A stretch of DNA of 29,803 bases, from NCBI GenBank assembly GCA_964244895.1, contig CAXTKV010000018.1, forward strand, positions 9,715 through 39,517, given 5' to 3'. Source of the DNA: an uncultured Deinococcales bacterium (GTDB lineage: Bacteria > Deinococcota > Deinococci > Deinococcales > JAAFIG01). Below, in pieces: positions 9,521 through 19,390 of this stretch; the first letter of the stretch is position 1; the number at the start of each line of letters is the position of its first letter. A program made the position numbers and the translations under genes. The notes beneath the pieces are model-generated. The model was not told the origin of the DNA and did no database searches. It saw only the letters and a program-made list of their open reading frames with translations.

Positions 9521-10192
9521 ATGGACGCGGAAGATTTCAAACCGCACACGACCGTGACCGAACCGCAGGCGGCGGCGTACCTGGCCAACCCGCACCGGGC
9601 CATGTACCTGTACCCGTTCATCGGGCGAGAACGCACCGCCAGCGATGTGGCCAGAACCTACAGGATCAGCGTCAAGACGCTCTTGTACCAGATCAACCGC
9701 TTGATCGAACTGGGCTTGCTGCGCGTCACGCGGCTCGAGCCGCGCCGGGGCAGCCCGATCAAGCATTACCGCGCGGTGGCGGACGCGTTTTTCGTGCCGC
9801 ACGAGGCGACCGACAACGAAACCCTGGAAATGATGGTCAACCAGTGGTCGCAATCCTTGCAACCGTTGTACCTGAGGTCTTTCGTGCACGCGCTGGGTCG
9901 CGTCTCGCCGGGCTGGGGCGTGCGGATCAGCCGCGATGGGCTGGGCTTGCTGCGAATCTCGCCCGCCGTGCGCCCGGAGGAGGACTGGAACACCTTCGAG
10001 CCGGACGCGCCATTGCTGATGGAAGGCTGGTCAACCGACCTGCACCTGGACTTCGCGGATGCCAAAGCCCTGCAGCTTGAGCTGGCCGAGATGTATTTCA
10101 AATACGCCGCCAAAAAGGGCGCGCAGCGTTACATCGTGCGGATCGCCGCCGCGCCGATGCCGGAAAACGACGAATTGCCGCCCGCCTGGTGA
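9521..10192 (+). CDS. Winged-helix (ArsR-like HTH) domain protein
   Basis: LANP.R...L.PFIG.E.TASDVA.......LLYQI.RL..LGLL.V......GSPIKHYRA; TAAGCT 7 nt before the ATG (leaderless pattern). Confidence 0.75.
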   Translation: MDAEDFKPHTTVTEPQAAAYLANPHRAMYLYPFIGRERTASDVARTYRISVKTLLYQINRLIELGLLRVTRLEPRRGSPIKHYRAVADAFFVPHEATDNETLEMMVNQWSQSLQPLYLRSFVHALGRVSPGWGVRISRDGLGLLRISPAVRPEEDWNTFEPDAPLLMEGWSTDLHLDFADAKALQLELAEMYFKYAAKKGAQRYIVRIAAAPMPENDELPPAW

Positions 10193-10204
10193 TGCTTCCC
10201 CTAG

Positions 10205-10252
10205 AAACACCGTGCTGGACGCATCCTTGAACTTGCGTGCTGGACGGTCTTC
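10205..10252. repeat. REP-like element copy
   Basis: AACACCGTGCTGGACGC...GCGTGCTGGACGGTCTT. Confidence 0.75.
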
Positions 10253-10321
10253 TCGAGTCATCACGCCCTGTTTGAAACCGGTGCGGCGAAGCGAACCCGG
10301 TAGCGTGCGATACTTCGCCGC

Positions 10322-11338
10322 ATGAAACGCGTCTCCATCGGATTGATCGGCGGCGGCACGGTCGGCGCGAACGTGCTGACCCTGCTGCACCGCCGCGAGC
10401 GGTTGTTCAACGCCCTCGGTTACGACCTGAACCTGCTGCCGGTCGTGGTGCGCGACCTGGGCAAACGCCGAGCGCACGAGCACCCGAACGCCAGCTTCAC
10501 CACGGACGCGGGCGTGCTGGAAAACGCCGACGTGATCCTCGAGATGATCGGTGGTACGGATCGCACGCTGGAACGCCTGCTGCCGCACCTGAGCGCCGGA
10601 AAACCCGTGATCACCGCCAACAAAGCCATGCTGGCCGAGTGCTGGGCGGCGCTCAAGGATTTTGCCGTCAACGGCCAGTTGTACTACGAGGCCAGCGTCA
10701 TGGCGGGCACGCCCGTGATCGGGCCGTTGACGGGCACGCTGCGATCCAGCAACCCGCTGGAATTGCACGCGATCCTGTCCGGGACGTGCAATTACATCCT
10801 GACCCGCATGGAAGCGGGCGCGCGTTACGAGGACGCTTTGCTGGAAGCCCAGGCCAGAGGTTACGCCGAAGACCCGCCGACCCTGGACATCAGCGGCACC
10901 GACGCAGCCCACAAGCTTTGCGTGCTGGCGCGCGTGACCGTCGACCCCGACTTTAGCTGGTCGTCGCTCGAGGTGCGCGGCATCGACGGACTGGACGGCG
11001 CACGCGTTTCAGAGGCCGTCAGCCAGGGCAAACGCGTCAAACTGATCGGCAGCATCACCCCGGAAAATGGCGGCTGGCGCGCCCGCGTGCGCTCCGTCGT
11101 GCTGCCCGGCGATCACCCGCTCGCGCAGAGCGATTCCAGCCGCAACGCGATGGTCTTCAACGGTGACGCCAGCGGCGTGGTGATCGTCCAGGGCGGTGGC
11201 GCGGGCGGTCTGGTCACGGCCAGCGCGATGGTCGGTGACCTGATCGACCACCTGGCGGGCGTGACCGGTCACGAACCCCGCCCGGAGGCCGCACCCGTGC
11301 CGAGCGAGCATCAGGCTGAAATCTTCGAGGAAATCTGA
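10322..11338 (+). CDS. hom: Homoserine dehydrogenase (short form, no ACT domain)
   Basis: IGGGTVG, VITANK, YEASVMAGTP, GTCNYIL, GYAE.PP.LDI.G.DAAHKL and GAGG..TASA motifs. Confidence 0.93.
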   Translation: MKRVSIGLIGGGTVGANVLTLLHRRERLFNALGYDLNLLPVVVRDLGKRRAHEHPNASFTTDAGVLENADVILEMIGGTDRTLERLLPHLSAGKPVITANKAMLAECWAALKDFAVNGQLYYEASVMAGTPVIGPLTGTLRSSNPLELHAILSGTCNYILTRMEAGARYEDALLEAQARGYAEDPPTLDISGTDAAHKLCVLARVTVDPDFSWSSLEVRGIDGLDGARVSEAVSQGKRVKLIGSITPENGGWRARVRSVVLPGDHPLAQSDSSRNAMVFNGDASGVVIVQGGGAGGLVTASAMVGDLIDHLAGVTGHEPRPEAAPVPSEHQAEIFEEI

Positions 11339-11345
11339 GGCTCGA

Positions 11346-11403
11346 GAAGGCCGTCCTGCACGGCGTCCTCGAGCGTTCAGGATTCGCGTGCCAGACGGCG
11401 TTC
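11346..11403. repeat. REP-like element copy (degenerate)
   Basis: GAAGGCCGTCCTGCACG...GCGTGCCAGACGGCGTTC. Confidence 0.6.
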
Positions 11404-11428
11404 CCGAGATTCAAACATGCTCGAACGT

Positions 11429-11536
11429 GTAAGGGTGCAAGGTATAGCGCCCTTCTCGACGCGCACAGTGAGGGGTAGGGACAAGCCCTACCCCTACAAA
11501 ATCATGTCCTGTAGGGGCAACCTTCATGGTTGCCCT
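11429..11536. repeat. Cluster of GTAG-family REP hairpins
   Basis: GTAAGGGTGC..GCGCCCTT (11429-11454); GTAGGGGTAGGG..CCCTACCCCT on the minus strand (11471-11497); GTAGGGGCAACC-TTCAT-GGTTGCCCT (11511-11536). Confidence 0.7.
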
Positions 11537-11577
11537 CGCGTGAACCCGTTCTCAAGACTGACTTTCGCTGGAAGTTG

Positions 11578-11616
11578 ATTCTTGAGCAGACTGTCCTATA
11601 CGGTCTGCTCAAGAAT
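11578..11616. terminator. 14-bp inverted repeat between convergent hom and rbsK
   Basis: ATTCTTGAGCAGAC...GTCTGCTCAAGAAT. Confidence 0.5.
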
Positions 11617-11663
11617 GAAGAATCTGCGTACTAGACGGTGCTTCGTGCGCCTCGGCTTGAGCC

Positions 11664-12647
11664 TCAGACGGGTACTGGAGCCCCGTCCGGTGGGGGCGCG
11701 CCCTGCACCTCATTGCGCGTGGCGAAGGACGTTTGCGTGCCCGCGCGGGTCACGCTGACGGCGGCGGCGGCGTTGGCGAAGTTGATCGCGGCGGGCATTT
11801 TCGTGCCGCTCACGATGCTCGAGACGAGCGCCCCGATGAACGCGTCGCCCGCGCCGGTGGAATCGAAGGCTTTGACGGTGGCGCTCGGGTGATGCACCGC
11901 CCAGCCGGGCGTGACGCGCATCGCGCCGCGAGACCCGAGGGTCACGATGACCTCTTTGGTGCCCTTGACGATCAAAGATTGCGCGGCGCTCTTGACTTCC
12001 TGCAGGCTGCCGACGGGCATTCCGGTCAGCAGGTTCAACTCGGATTCGTTGGGCAGCACCAGGTCGGACAGTTCCAGCAGCCCGTCGATCAGCGCGGCGG
12101 CAGGTGCGGGGTTCAGGATCGTCATGACGCCCGCGTCTCGGGCGATCTCGAAGGCGGCGCGCACGGTTTCCTGGCGGATCTCGAGCTGGCAAACGACGGC
12201 TCTGGCGTGCTTGATCAGGTCTCGGGCGGGTTCGAGGTCGGTCGGGACGAGTTCCGCGTTCGCGCCGGACACGATCACGATGAAGTTGCGGCCCTCGCCG
12301 TCCACGAAGATCGGCGCGACGCCGCTCGGCACGTCCGGCAGCAATCGCACGTAGCGCGCATCGATGTTCTGATGGCTGAAATTGTCCATCGTCTGATGCC
12401 CGAATCCGTCGTCGCCCAACCTGGCGACCATCGCGACCCTCGAACCCAACCGCGACGCGGCGACCGCCTGGTTCGCGCCCTTACCGCCGAAACCCTGTTT
12501 GAAATCCGTGCCCTCGATCGTTTCACCGACCGCCGGGAAGCGCGGCGTGTAGGTGATCAGGTCGACGTTGCACGATCCGACCACGACGATATCGGCTGGA
12601 ATGTCCGTCTCCAGGATCGGCGAGTCATCCATCTCGTCCAGGCTCAT
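11664..12647 (-). CDS. rbsK: Ribokinase (PfkB family)
   Basis: VVGSCNVDL, GGKGANQAVA, QLEI, LNPAPA, PNESE and DSTGAGDAF motifs. Confidence 0.92.
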   Translation of the reverse strand: MSLDEMDDSPILETDIPADIVVVGSCNVDLITYTPRFPAVGETIEGTDFKQGFGGKGANQAVAASRLGSRVAMVARLGDDGFGHQTMDNFSHQNIDARYVRLLPDVPSGVAPIFVDGEGRNFIVIVSGANAELVPTDLEPARDLIKHARAVVCQLEIRQETVRAAFEIARDAGVMTILNPAPAAALIDGLLELSDLVLPNESELNLLTGMPVGSLQEVKSAAQSLIVKGTKEVIVTLGSRGAMRVTPGWAVHHPSATVKAFDSTGAGDAFIGALVSSIVSGTKMPAAINFANAAAAVSVTRAGTQTSFATRNEVQGAPPPDGAPVPV

Positions 12648-12818
12648 CTTTTGGCCTCTGTGTCGGCGCGTTCACGGTGCGGAGTGTCGGTTCGGTTCAC
12701 GCGGTGTTCCTCCAGGTTTTCTGTTAAGTCCTCACTGTAACGCACCCGGTAAGGCGCTCAGAGGTCAGAAGTCGGGGCTCAGAGGTGAAGTTCGAGGGCA
12801 AACCGCCGGAGGATTTCA

Positions 12819-12876
12819 GGAACACCGTCCAGGACAGCGTTCTCGAGAATATCAAAACGCCGTCAGGCACGGTGCT
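12819..12876. repeat. Two compact, degenerate copies of the REP-like element
   Basis: GGAACACCGTCCAGGACAGCGTTC and AACGCCGTCAGGCACGGTGCT. Confidence 0.6.
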
Positions 12877-12949
12877 GTCCCGAGCCGAACGCGCCATCCC
12901 CCGAGTCCAGCACCGGGTTCGCCTTTCCCTCTGACTGTTAAACTGCTGC

Positions 12950-13444
12950 ATGGACGGAAAAACCGTGTTGCTCGAGCAACTCAAGAACCACTCCCAGGCC
13001 TTCTTGAAAGGGCTCGAGGGCGTGCCGGACGAACTGTTCAGCCTGGAACCTCCGGCGGGTGGCCACAGCGTGGCCTGGCACGCGCTGCACATCGCGGACT
13101 GGCAGCGGATCATGATCCCGCCCGGACTGGAAAGCGTCGATCCCGACGCGAGATTCGCTTACCTCGGCTGGGAGGACCGCGACTGGTCGAAGGCCGTGCT
13201 GGGCCCGAGTCCCGCCGCGCACACCGACCCGAAAGCCCGGATTCTCGAGTACCTCAGCCTGGAATTCGAGCGCGGCCAGACTGACATCCTGAACGCCAGT
13301 GACGCGCAACTTCAGGCCAGGATCACCACCCCGATGGGTGAACGCGCTATTCAGACGATGCTGACCGGGCAGGTGCGGCACATCGCGTACCACTGGGGTC
13401 AGGCGATGCTGGTCAGATCGCAACTCGCGCACGCGACCCTCTGA
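12950..13444 (+). CDS. DinB family protein
   Basis: HSVAWHALHIA and HIAYHWGQ His-triad motifs. Confidence 0.85.
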   Translation: MDGKTVLLEQLKNHSQAFLKGLEGVPDELFSLEPPAGGHSVAWHALHIADWQRIMIPPGLESVDPDARFAYLGWEDRDWSKAVLGPSPAAHTDPKARILEYLSLEFERGQTDILNASDAQLQARITTPMGERAIQTMLTGQVRHIAYHWGQAMLVRSQLAHATL

Positions 13445-13525
13445 GCGATCCTCGTCGCTCGAGAGCCCAGTTTTCAAAGACGGTTTTGCACCCCCAAAAA
13501 CCCACCCGCGACCCATACTGGAGGC

Positions 13526-13975
13526 ATGAAACGAGTCGCCCTGGCCGTCACCATCGCCGCCCTCAGCCTGACCGCACCCGCCCGCGCCCAGACGGTCGCG
13601 GAACTCCTGACCGTCGCCGCGATCAGCGCCACGCTCGATTCCAACGTGCGCTTGCCCTCCGGTGCGTTCTTCGTCACCAACCCCAAATACGCCGCGCAGT
13701 ACGCTGCGCAACTCCAGGACGCGTCGTCCTGGACGAACTACAGCCTCTACGTCGCCAAGGGCATCGCCACCAAGCTGGCCGACAATTACGTGGCCGACCT
13801 CAAGACCAGCTTCGCGGTCGCCGGGTACTTCGAGACGGCCTCCGCCAGCCAGACCGTCGGGGCTGAAGTCCGTTCGCGCTCCGAGTACGCCAACGATGCC
13901 AACGGCAAAACCTTGCTGCTGTACGTCGTCAAACGCGCGGACGGCGTGTATTTCCTGGTCGGCCAGAAGAAGTAG
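13526..13975 (+). CDS. Secreted hypothetical protein
   Basis: Signal peptide MKRVALAVTIAALSLTAPARA; host-like codon usage. Confidence 0.75.
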   Translation: MKRVALAVTIAALSLTAPARAQTVAELLTVAAISATLDSNVRLPSGAFFVTNPKYAAQYAAQLQDASSWTNYSLYVAKGIATKLADNYVADLKTSFAVAGYFETASASQTVGAEVRSRSEYANDANGKTLLLYVVKRADGVYFLVGQKK

Positions 13976-14027
13976 AGCTGCTTAAAAAGTCAGAAAAATT
14001 CGAGCTACCGACGCGCGAGCACCGCAG

Positions 14028-14075
14028 GAACACCGTCCAGCACGCATTGCTTGAATCGTGCGCTGGACGGTGTTC
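14028..14075. repeat. REP-like element copy
   Basis: GAACACCGTCCAGCACGC...GTGCGCTGGACGGTGTTC. Confidence 0.85.
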
Positions 14076-14190
14076 TCGTATCGCTTCCAGGAGAGGAGAG
14101 AACAGCATTGATGCCCTCTGGGACGATGCTCCCGATGACTCCTGGCTTCTGACCCCTGACCCATTCCCTCGCTGGCGATACAATGCCTCG

Positions 14191-16080
14191 ATGCTGGCAG
14201 GATTGCAAAACTTGAGCAAGTTCTACGGTGGGCACGATGTCCTGGACAAGGTCAATTTTGCCGTCAACCAGGGCGAACGGGTCGCGCTGGTCGGACGCAA
14301 CGGGGCGGGCAAGAGCACGGTGCTGAAACTCCTGTGCGGCCTCGAGGAACCCACTTCGGGCCGGGTGACGCTCGCGCCGGGTCTGTCCATCCGCTTGCTG
14401 GCGCAAGACCCAACTTTTCCGGAGGGCAGCACGATCGAGCGCGTGGTCGAGGGCGCGTTCACGGAACTGGACGCCCTGGAGCGCGAGATGAACGCCCTGG
14501 AATCCGACCTGGAAAACCCGGTCAGCCTGGAAAAGTACCACGAGCTCGAGGAGCATTACCGCCTGCGCGGCGGTTACGCCAAGAACGCGCGGCGCGACGC
14601 GGTGCTGGGCAGCCTGAAATTCATCGGGCGAGAACACGAATCCGTGGCGGGATTGTCCGGCGGTGAGCGCACGCGGCTGGCGCTGGCGCAGATTCTGGTG
14701 GCGCAACCCGAATTGTTGCTGCTGGACGAACCGACCAACCACCTGGATCTGACCATGCTGGAATGGCTGGAAGGCTTCTTGCGGTCTTACCCCGGCGCGA
14801 TCCTGGCGGTCAGCCACGACAGGGCTTTTCTGGATTCGATCGCCACCAAAACCGCCTCGGTTTCACGGGGTGACGTGCGCGTCTACGACGGGAATTACTC
14901 GAGCTTCCGGGTCAAACGAGACGCAGAACTCGAGATTCAGACCGCGACCTGGAAGAACGAACAGCGCGAACTCGAGCGGCTGGAAGCCATGCACGAACAG
15001 ATGCGCATCTGGGGCGGGCGCAACGAAAAACTCGCGATCCGCGCCCGCTCGATGCAAAAACGCGTCGAACGCTTCGAGGCCGAGATGGTGGACGCCCCAC
15101 CACCCGACGAAAAAGTCGCGCGCGTGCATTTCAGCGCGCCCGAATCCGGCGAGATCGTGCTGCAAGCCGGGCACATCACCAAAAAGTACGGTTCCAGGAC
15201 GCTCTTTTCCGGCATCGACCTGACCGTGCGGCGCGGCGAGCGCATCGCGGTCATCGGGCAGAACGGCGCGGGCAAGACCACGCTGGTGCGCGCCCTGCTG
15301 GGCATGATCCCGTCCGACGATGCCAGGGCCTTCACGCGGCTGGGTTCGCGCGTCAAGCTGGGCTATTACGACCAGCAATTGCGCGGCGTGGACCCAACAA
15401 ACACGCTCTTCGAGGAAGTCAAGAGCTATCTGGAATCCGACCAGCAAGTGCACGATTTGCTGGGCGCGTACCTGTTCTCCTATGAAGCCCAGTACAAGAA
15501 GGTCGCGGCGCTGTCCGGCGGCGAACGCGCGCGGCTGGCGCTGTTGAAACTTTCGCTGGAGGATCACAACCTGCTCGTGCTGGACGAACCGACCAACCAC
15601 CTGGACATGGAGATGCTGGAATCGCTGGAAAAAGCCCTGCTGGCGTTCTCCGGCACGCTGATCATGATCTCGCACGACCGGCGCTTCATCGAAAACCTCT
15701 CCAACCAGATCTGGTTGCTGGAAGACGGACAGTTTTACAGCTACCCCGGCGGCTGGTCGTACTACCAAGAAAAACACCGCGCCGTGCGCGAGGCCAGGGA
15801 TGCGCTCGCCAACGCGTCGCAAGCGCCAGCGCCCAAAGAAATGCCCAAGCCGAAGGGCATCAACCCCTGGAAGCTCAAGCAGGAAGGCGTGACGCTCGAG
15901 GCGCGCATCTCGAGCCTCGAGACGGAGCTTCAGGCCGTCAACGCGGAACTGGCCGACCCGACCGCCGGCACGGATTTTGCGCGGTTGGGCAAGCGATCAA
16001 CGGAAATAGAAGCCGAGCTTCTTGAAGTCATGGCACGTTGGGAAGAGGCATCCAGCCTGCTCGAGGGTGTCGAACGCTGA
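14191..16080 (+). CDS. ABC-F family ATPase
   Basis: Two nucleotide-binding domains (GRNGAGKS and GQNGAGKT, LSGGE x2, LDEPTNHLD x2), no TM segments, C-terminal coiled coil; TACAAT 6 nt before ATG 14191. Confidence 0.92.
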   Translation: MLAGLQNLSKFYGGHDVLDKVNFAVNQGERVALVGRNGAGKSTVLKLLCGLEEPTSGRVTLAPGLSIRLLAQDPTFPEGSTIERVVEGAFTELDALEREMNALESDLENPVSLEKYHELEEHYRLRGGYAKNARRDAVLGSLKFIGREHESVAGLSGGERTRLALAQILVAQPELLLLDEPTNHLDLTMLEWLEGFLRSYPGAILAVSHDRAFLDSIATKTASVSRGDVRVYDGNYSSFRVKRDAELEIQTATWKNEQRELERLEAMHEQMRIWGGRNEKLAIRARSMQKRVERFEAEMVDAPPPDEKVARVHFSAPESGEIVLQAGHITKKYGSRTLFSGIDLTVRRGERIAVIGQNGAGKTTLVRALLGMIPSDDARAFTRLGSRVKLGYYDQQLRGVDPTNTLFEEVKSYLESDQQVHDLLGAYLFSYEAQYKKVAALSGGERARLALLKLSLEDHNLLVLDEPTNHLDMEMLESLEKALLAFSGTLIMISHDRRFIENLSNQIWLLEDGQFYSYPGGWSYYQEKHRAVREARDALANASQAPAPKEMPKPKGINPWKLKQEGVTLEARISSLETELQAVNAELADPTAGTDFARLGKRSTEIEAELLEVMARWEEASSLLEGVER

Positions 16081-16118
16081 GCTGAGGTCCGGCTGCAAAA
16101 TAGAGGAACGCAATCTCG

Positions 16119-16178
16119 GAAACCCCGTCTCACACGGTGTTCTCTGAATTTGAAAAAGCATTGTGCTGGACGGTGTTC
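16119..16178. repeat. REP-like element copy (compact unit plus half)
   Basis: AAACCCCGTCTCACACGGTGTTC...TGTGCTGGACGGTGTTC. Confidence 0.65.
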
Positions 16179-16248
16179 TTCGAGGATGATTCCTCCGCGA
16201 CTGGCAAGCTAAAATCAATTCGAGTCGTTCCACACAGCTCGGTCGTGT

Positions 16249-17619
16249 GTGCAAAACTCGCGCGACTGCCTGGAGACTGTTAATCTCGAAGGGCACAATC
16301 GCGGGAACCTTGACAGTTTTATGGTTGATATTTTTTCTCTTCGGGGGAATCTGTTTTGTGCGGCGCATCCCAGCCGCCTGGAAAACCTCAGGAAAGCGTA
16401 TCTGGCACAGGCGCAACAGCGTTTTTGTCTTTACGCGCTGGCGCTGACGGCCCTGTCCGTCTTTGTCAGCATGGGCTTCCAGACGCAGGCTGCGGCCATG
16501 CTCGGGACAACCGAGATTGCCATCCACAGAAATTGGGCGCTAATCCCCCAGATGGTGTTCGCCGTCTGGGTCGTTCAGAAACTACCCATTCGCAACCTCC
16601 CCAGGTGGCTCGCCATTTCGGGAGCGTTGTTGCTCGTGACCCTCTGGGCGAACCCCGATGGGACGAACACCCAGTCGTTTGTCCTGAGCACGATCGCAGG
16701 TAGCTTTCAGACCAGTCTGAGCTGGAAGCTCTGCGCCCGAACCTTCCCAAATTCCATGCAGGGACAAGGGGCACAAAACCTGTGCTGCCTGTCGGCGACC
16801 GCCATCGCGGGATCACTCGCGCTGAACCTTCACGGCTTCAGTCTGTACGTCGCTGTCAGCGCCATCGGTGTCGTGTTCGCCTGCTGCCTCGTGCAACCGT
16901 TCGAGTGCTTTCTCGAGATCCAGAACCCACAACGACAGGCTTGCCTGAAAAAGTGGGTTTCTTTGAAGAACCTTCTGAGGTTTCAAAAAGAGATGGATTA
17001 CCCCAAGGTTCGCGTCCTCTGGGCATCGGGCATCTCAATGCTTTATCCCGTCTCCATGGCGGTCAAAGGGCAAGCGGATGGGTACACGCTCGAGGTGGCG
17101 CGTCACCTCGGTGACGGCTATGCGAGCATCGAGTCGGGCGCTTCGGTTCTGGCGTGCCTCGCGTTCACCGTGCAACCTGCCACCTATACGGCAATCGCAA
17201 AGCGTGTCGGTGGCGAAGGAAGGCTCATGGCGGGTGCTGGTGTGATTGCCGCATTCACATACATCTTGAGCGGACTGGTGATCGCGAAGGGTTTTGCAGG
17301 TGGTTTGGGATGGGTCGCTCTGGCTTACGCGTTGCGAGCCATTGCGGGTGTGTGCTTCGAGATTTTCGAGCGCGGTTCGGAAGTCTTAAGCGATGAACTC
17401 GCCCACGGACGACGCAACGAGTTCGCGGCAGGAATGCTGGTCATGGTTCTGTACAGACCAGCGCAGTACGTCGCGAGCATCCCGATGTTGCTTCACTTCG
17501 ATCCGAGCGGCTGTTTCGTGGTCAGTGGGTTTTTCCTGCTCATCGCCACGATATTTTTAATCATGAAAGGCGAGCTCATCGGGCGAACCTTTCTCAATTA
17601 TGCCGGACCAAAGTTATAA
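16249..17619 (+). CDS. Multi-pass membrane protein, possibly a highly diverged MFS; start uncertain (alternative ATG at 16321)
   Basis: About 11-12 hydrophobic segments in two blocks split by a hydrophilic loop; atypical codon usage; many Cys. Confidence 0.5.
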   Translation: MQNSRDCLETVNLEGHNRGNLDSFMVDIFSLRGNLFCAAHPSRLENLRKAYLAQAQQRFCLYALALTALSVFVSMGFQTQAAAMLGTTEIAIHRNWALIPQMVFAVWVVQKLPIRNLPRWLAISGALLLVTLWANPDGTNTQSFVLSTIAGSFQTSLSWKLCARTFPNSMQGQGAQNLCCLSATAIAGSLALNLHGFSLYVAVSAIGVVFACCLVQPFECFLEIQNPQRQACLKKWVSLKNLLRFQKEMDYPKVRVLWASGISMLYPVSMAVKGQADGYTLEVARHLGDGYASIESGASVLACLAFTVQPATYTAIAKRVGGEGRLMAGAGVIAAFTYILSGLVIAKGFAGGLGWVALAYALRAIAGVCFEIFERGSEVLSDELAHGRRNEFAAGMLVMVLYRPAQYVASIPMLLHFDPSGCFVVSGFFLLIATIFLIMKGELIGRTFLNYAGPKL

Positions 17620-17694
17620 CCGCGAACGAGAATATTTGATTCTCGGGCAGAGCAGCCTTCAGTGGCTGCTCTTTTTTTCGTGTACAAACCCTGA

Positions 17695-17752
17695 GATACC
17701 GTCCCGCACGGCATTCTCGAGATCGGGGAAAACACCGTTCAGGACGGTCTTT
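17695..17752. repeat. Two compact copies of the REP-like element
   Basis: GATACCGTCCCGCACGGCATTC and AAACACCGTTCAGGACGGTCTTT. Confidence 0.6.
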
Positions 17753-18182
17753 ATCGTACGGCGTAAATTCCGTCCTGACGCACCTCGAGCTTGATCTTCT
17801 GCAGGGGTTCGCTGGCCGGGCCGCGCGTAACCCCGCCCGTCTGCGGGTCGAACAATGATCCGTGGCACGGGCAGCCCATCACGTCTCCGACGGGTTCGTT
17901 GACGGTGCAACCCAGGTGCGTGCAACGCCGCGAGAACGCCAGCAAATTCACGTCCTTGAGGCTGACGCCGTCCGGTTGCGGGCTGGCACTGCGCACGATG
18001 ATCGCGGGAATGCCGCCGACCTCGAAGGTTTTGAACGATCCCGGCTTGGGGAAATCGGTCAGCGCAGCAATTTTTTGTCCGGCTTTGTCGATTTTCTCGC
18101 TCGGGTTCGCGGCGGGTGCGCACCCGACCAGCACGGCTCCGCCCGTCAGGGACAGGGTTTTGATGGCGATGCGTCGGTTCAT
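17751..18182 (-). CDS. Rieske [2Fe-2S] protein, putative Tat lipoprotein
   Basis: CTHLGC and CPCHGS motifs; MNRRIAIK twin-Arg plus LVGC lipobox; GGAGGT SD. Confidence 0.88.
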   Translation of the reverse strand: MNRRIAIKTLSLTGGAVLVGCAPAANPSEKIDKAGQKIAALTDFPKPGSFKTFEVGGIPAIIVRSASPQPDGVSLKDVNLLAFSRRCTHLGCTVNEPVGDVMGCPCHGSLFDPQTGGVTRGPASEPLQKIKLEVRQDGIYAVR

Positions 18183-18286
18183 GATCCACCTCCGGCTCGA
18201 GCCTACAGCGCGATCAAGCGCAGGGGTGGATACCTTTGTCACGGTGTCCCTTCGCGCGACCCGCGTTCAGGCGATATCCTGCGCGG

Positions 18287-19285
18287 GTGATTCTGCTCGC
18301 CGACCTGGGTGCGTTGCACGCCAGAAACCCGATGTACAACGCCCAGACCGTCCTGGAAATCATGCGTTTCCTGGGTCGTGAACGCGTCATCCTGACCAAC
18401 TCGAGCGCCCAGGAGTGGTCGGATGGAAGCTGGCGGGATCTCGAGAACCCGCTCTATCACGCCCTTTACGACGACGAGATCGAACTCACACCCGTCGGTG
18501 AAGACTGGGCCTGGGCGCTGGCGGAACGCGATCAGATGCTGGAATTCCTGGGTCAGTACCCGCAGGGCAAGGCCAGAGTGCGCGAACTGGTTCCGCTGGA
18601 AAACGCGCTGCGCGAGGCGCTGTCCCGCCCGATGGACGCGAGCATGGTTCACAGTCCCGAACTGCTGCACACCGTGCGCGCGTACCACGATGCCGCCGCG
18701 CTGTTGCTCGAGGATGGCCCCGGAACAGCGCACCGTAAGCTCCGTCTGGAACGGCTCTCTGAGCGCCTTCAGGCCGCCGTCTGGGACGATGCCGTGGTGA
18801 TATCGCCGCTGGATGACCTGCCCGCGCTGCTGGAGCTTCCCGGCGCCATCCTGCCCGACCTGACGGGCTTCAAACCCGGCGAGGCCTCGCGCTTCCGGGC
18901 GGTCGTGGATCGCGCTTACCGCCTGGAGGAAACCGACGACCTGGACGCGCTGGTGCATCAACTCCTGGAACTGGATGGCCCGCCGGATTCCGCTTTGGGC
19001 CGCATCGCGCTCGAGGCCAGGTTCGCTGCTTCCGGCGTGTACCTGGCCGTGGGCGACCTGGAAAGCGCGCGCGACCTGCTGGAGGCCGTAGCCATGGGGC
19101 AGTTCGACGCGCCCGTCTACCTGCCCGGCTTCGTGCTGGCGCGCCTGGGTCAGGTGCGCGATTTGATGGGTGAACGCGATCGCGCCGTGCGCGCCTACCG
19201 CGCCGCTCTGGGCTTGTCGTGGTTGCCTCAGGAAGCCCGAGCGGTCGCGCAATCCGGTCTCGAGACGCCGTTCGTGATGCTCTGA
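18287..19285 (+). CDS. Hypothetical protein with C-terminal TPR repeats
   Basis: ARLGQVRDLMGERDRAVRAYRAAL is TPR-like; TATCCT 6 nt before GTG 18287. Confidence 0.75.
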   Translation: MILLADLGALHARNPMYNAQTVLEIMRFLGRERVILTNSSAQEWSDGSWRDLENPLYHALYDDEIELTPVGEDWAWALAERDQMLEFLGQYPQGKARVRELVPLENALREALSRPMDASMVHSPELLHTVRAYHDAAALLLEDGPGTAHRKLRLERLSERLQAAVWDDAVVISPLDDLPALLELPGAILPDLTGFKPGEASRFRAVVDRAYRLEETDDLDALVHQLLELDGPPDSALGRIALEARFAASGVYLAVGDLESARDLLEAVAMGQFDAPVYLPGFVLARLGQVRDLMGERDRAVRAYRAALGLSWLPQEARAVAQSGLETPFVML

Positions 19286-19294
19286 TCCTCAGGA

Positions 19295-19340
19295 AACACC
19301 GTCCAGCACGCGAGTCTGAATATGCGTGCTGGACGGTGTT
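19295..19340. repeat. REP-like element copy (perfect 17-bp arms)
   Basis: AACACCGTCCAGCACGC-12 nt-GCGTGCTGGACGGTGTT. Confidence 0.9.
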
Positions 19341-19363
19341 CTCGACGCAACTGGGAAAAAAGC

Positions 19364-19390
19364 TGTCACCCTGAACGCAGTGAAGGGTCT
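19364..19390 (+). repeat. CGTC/TGTC-family REP-like sequence
   Basis: TGTCACCCTGAACGCAGTGAAGGGTCT resembles the widespread TGTCATCCTGAGCG..GCGAAGGATCT repeat (reads CHPERSEGS). Confidence 0.6.
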
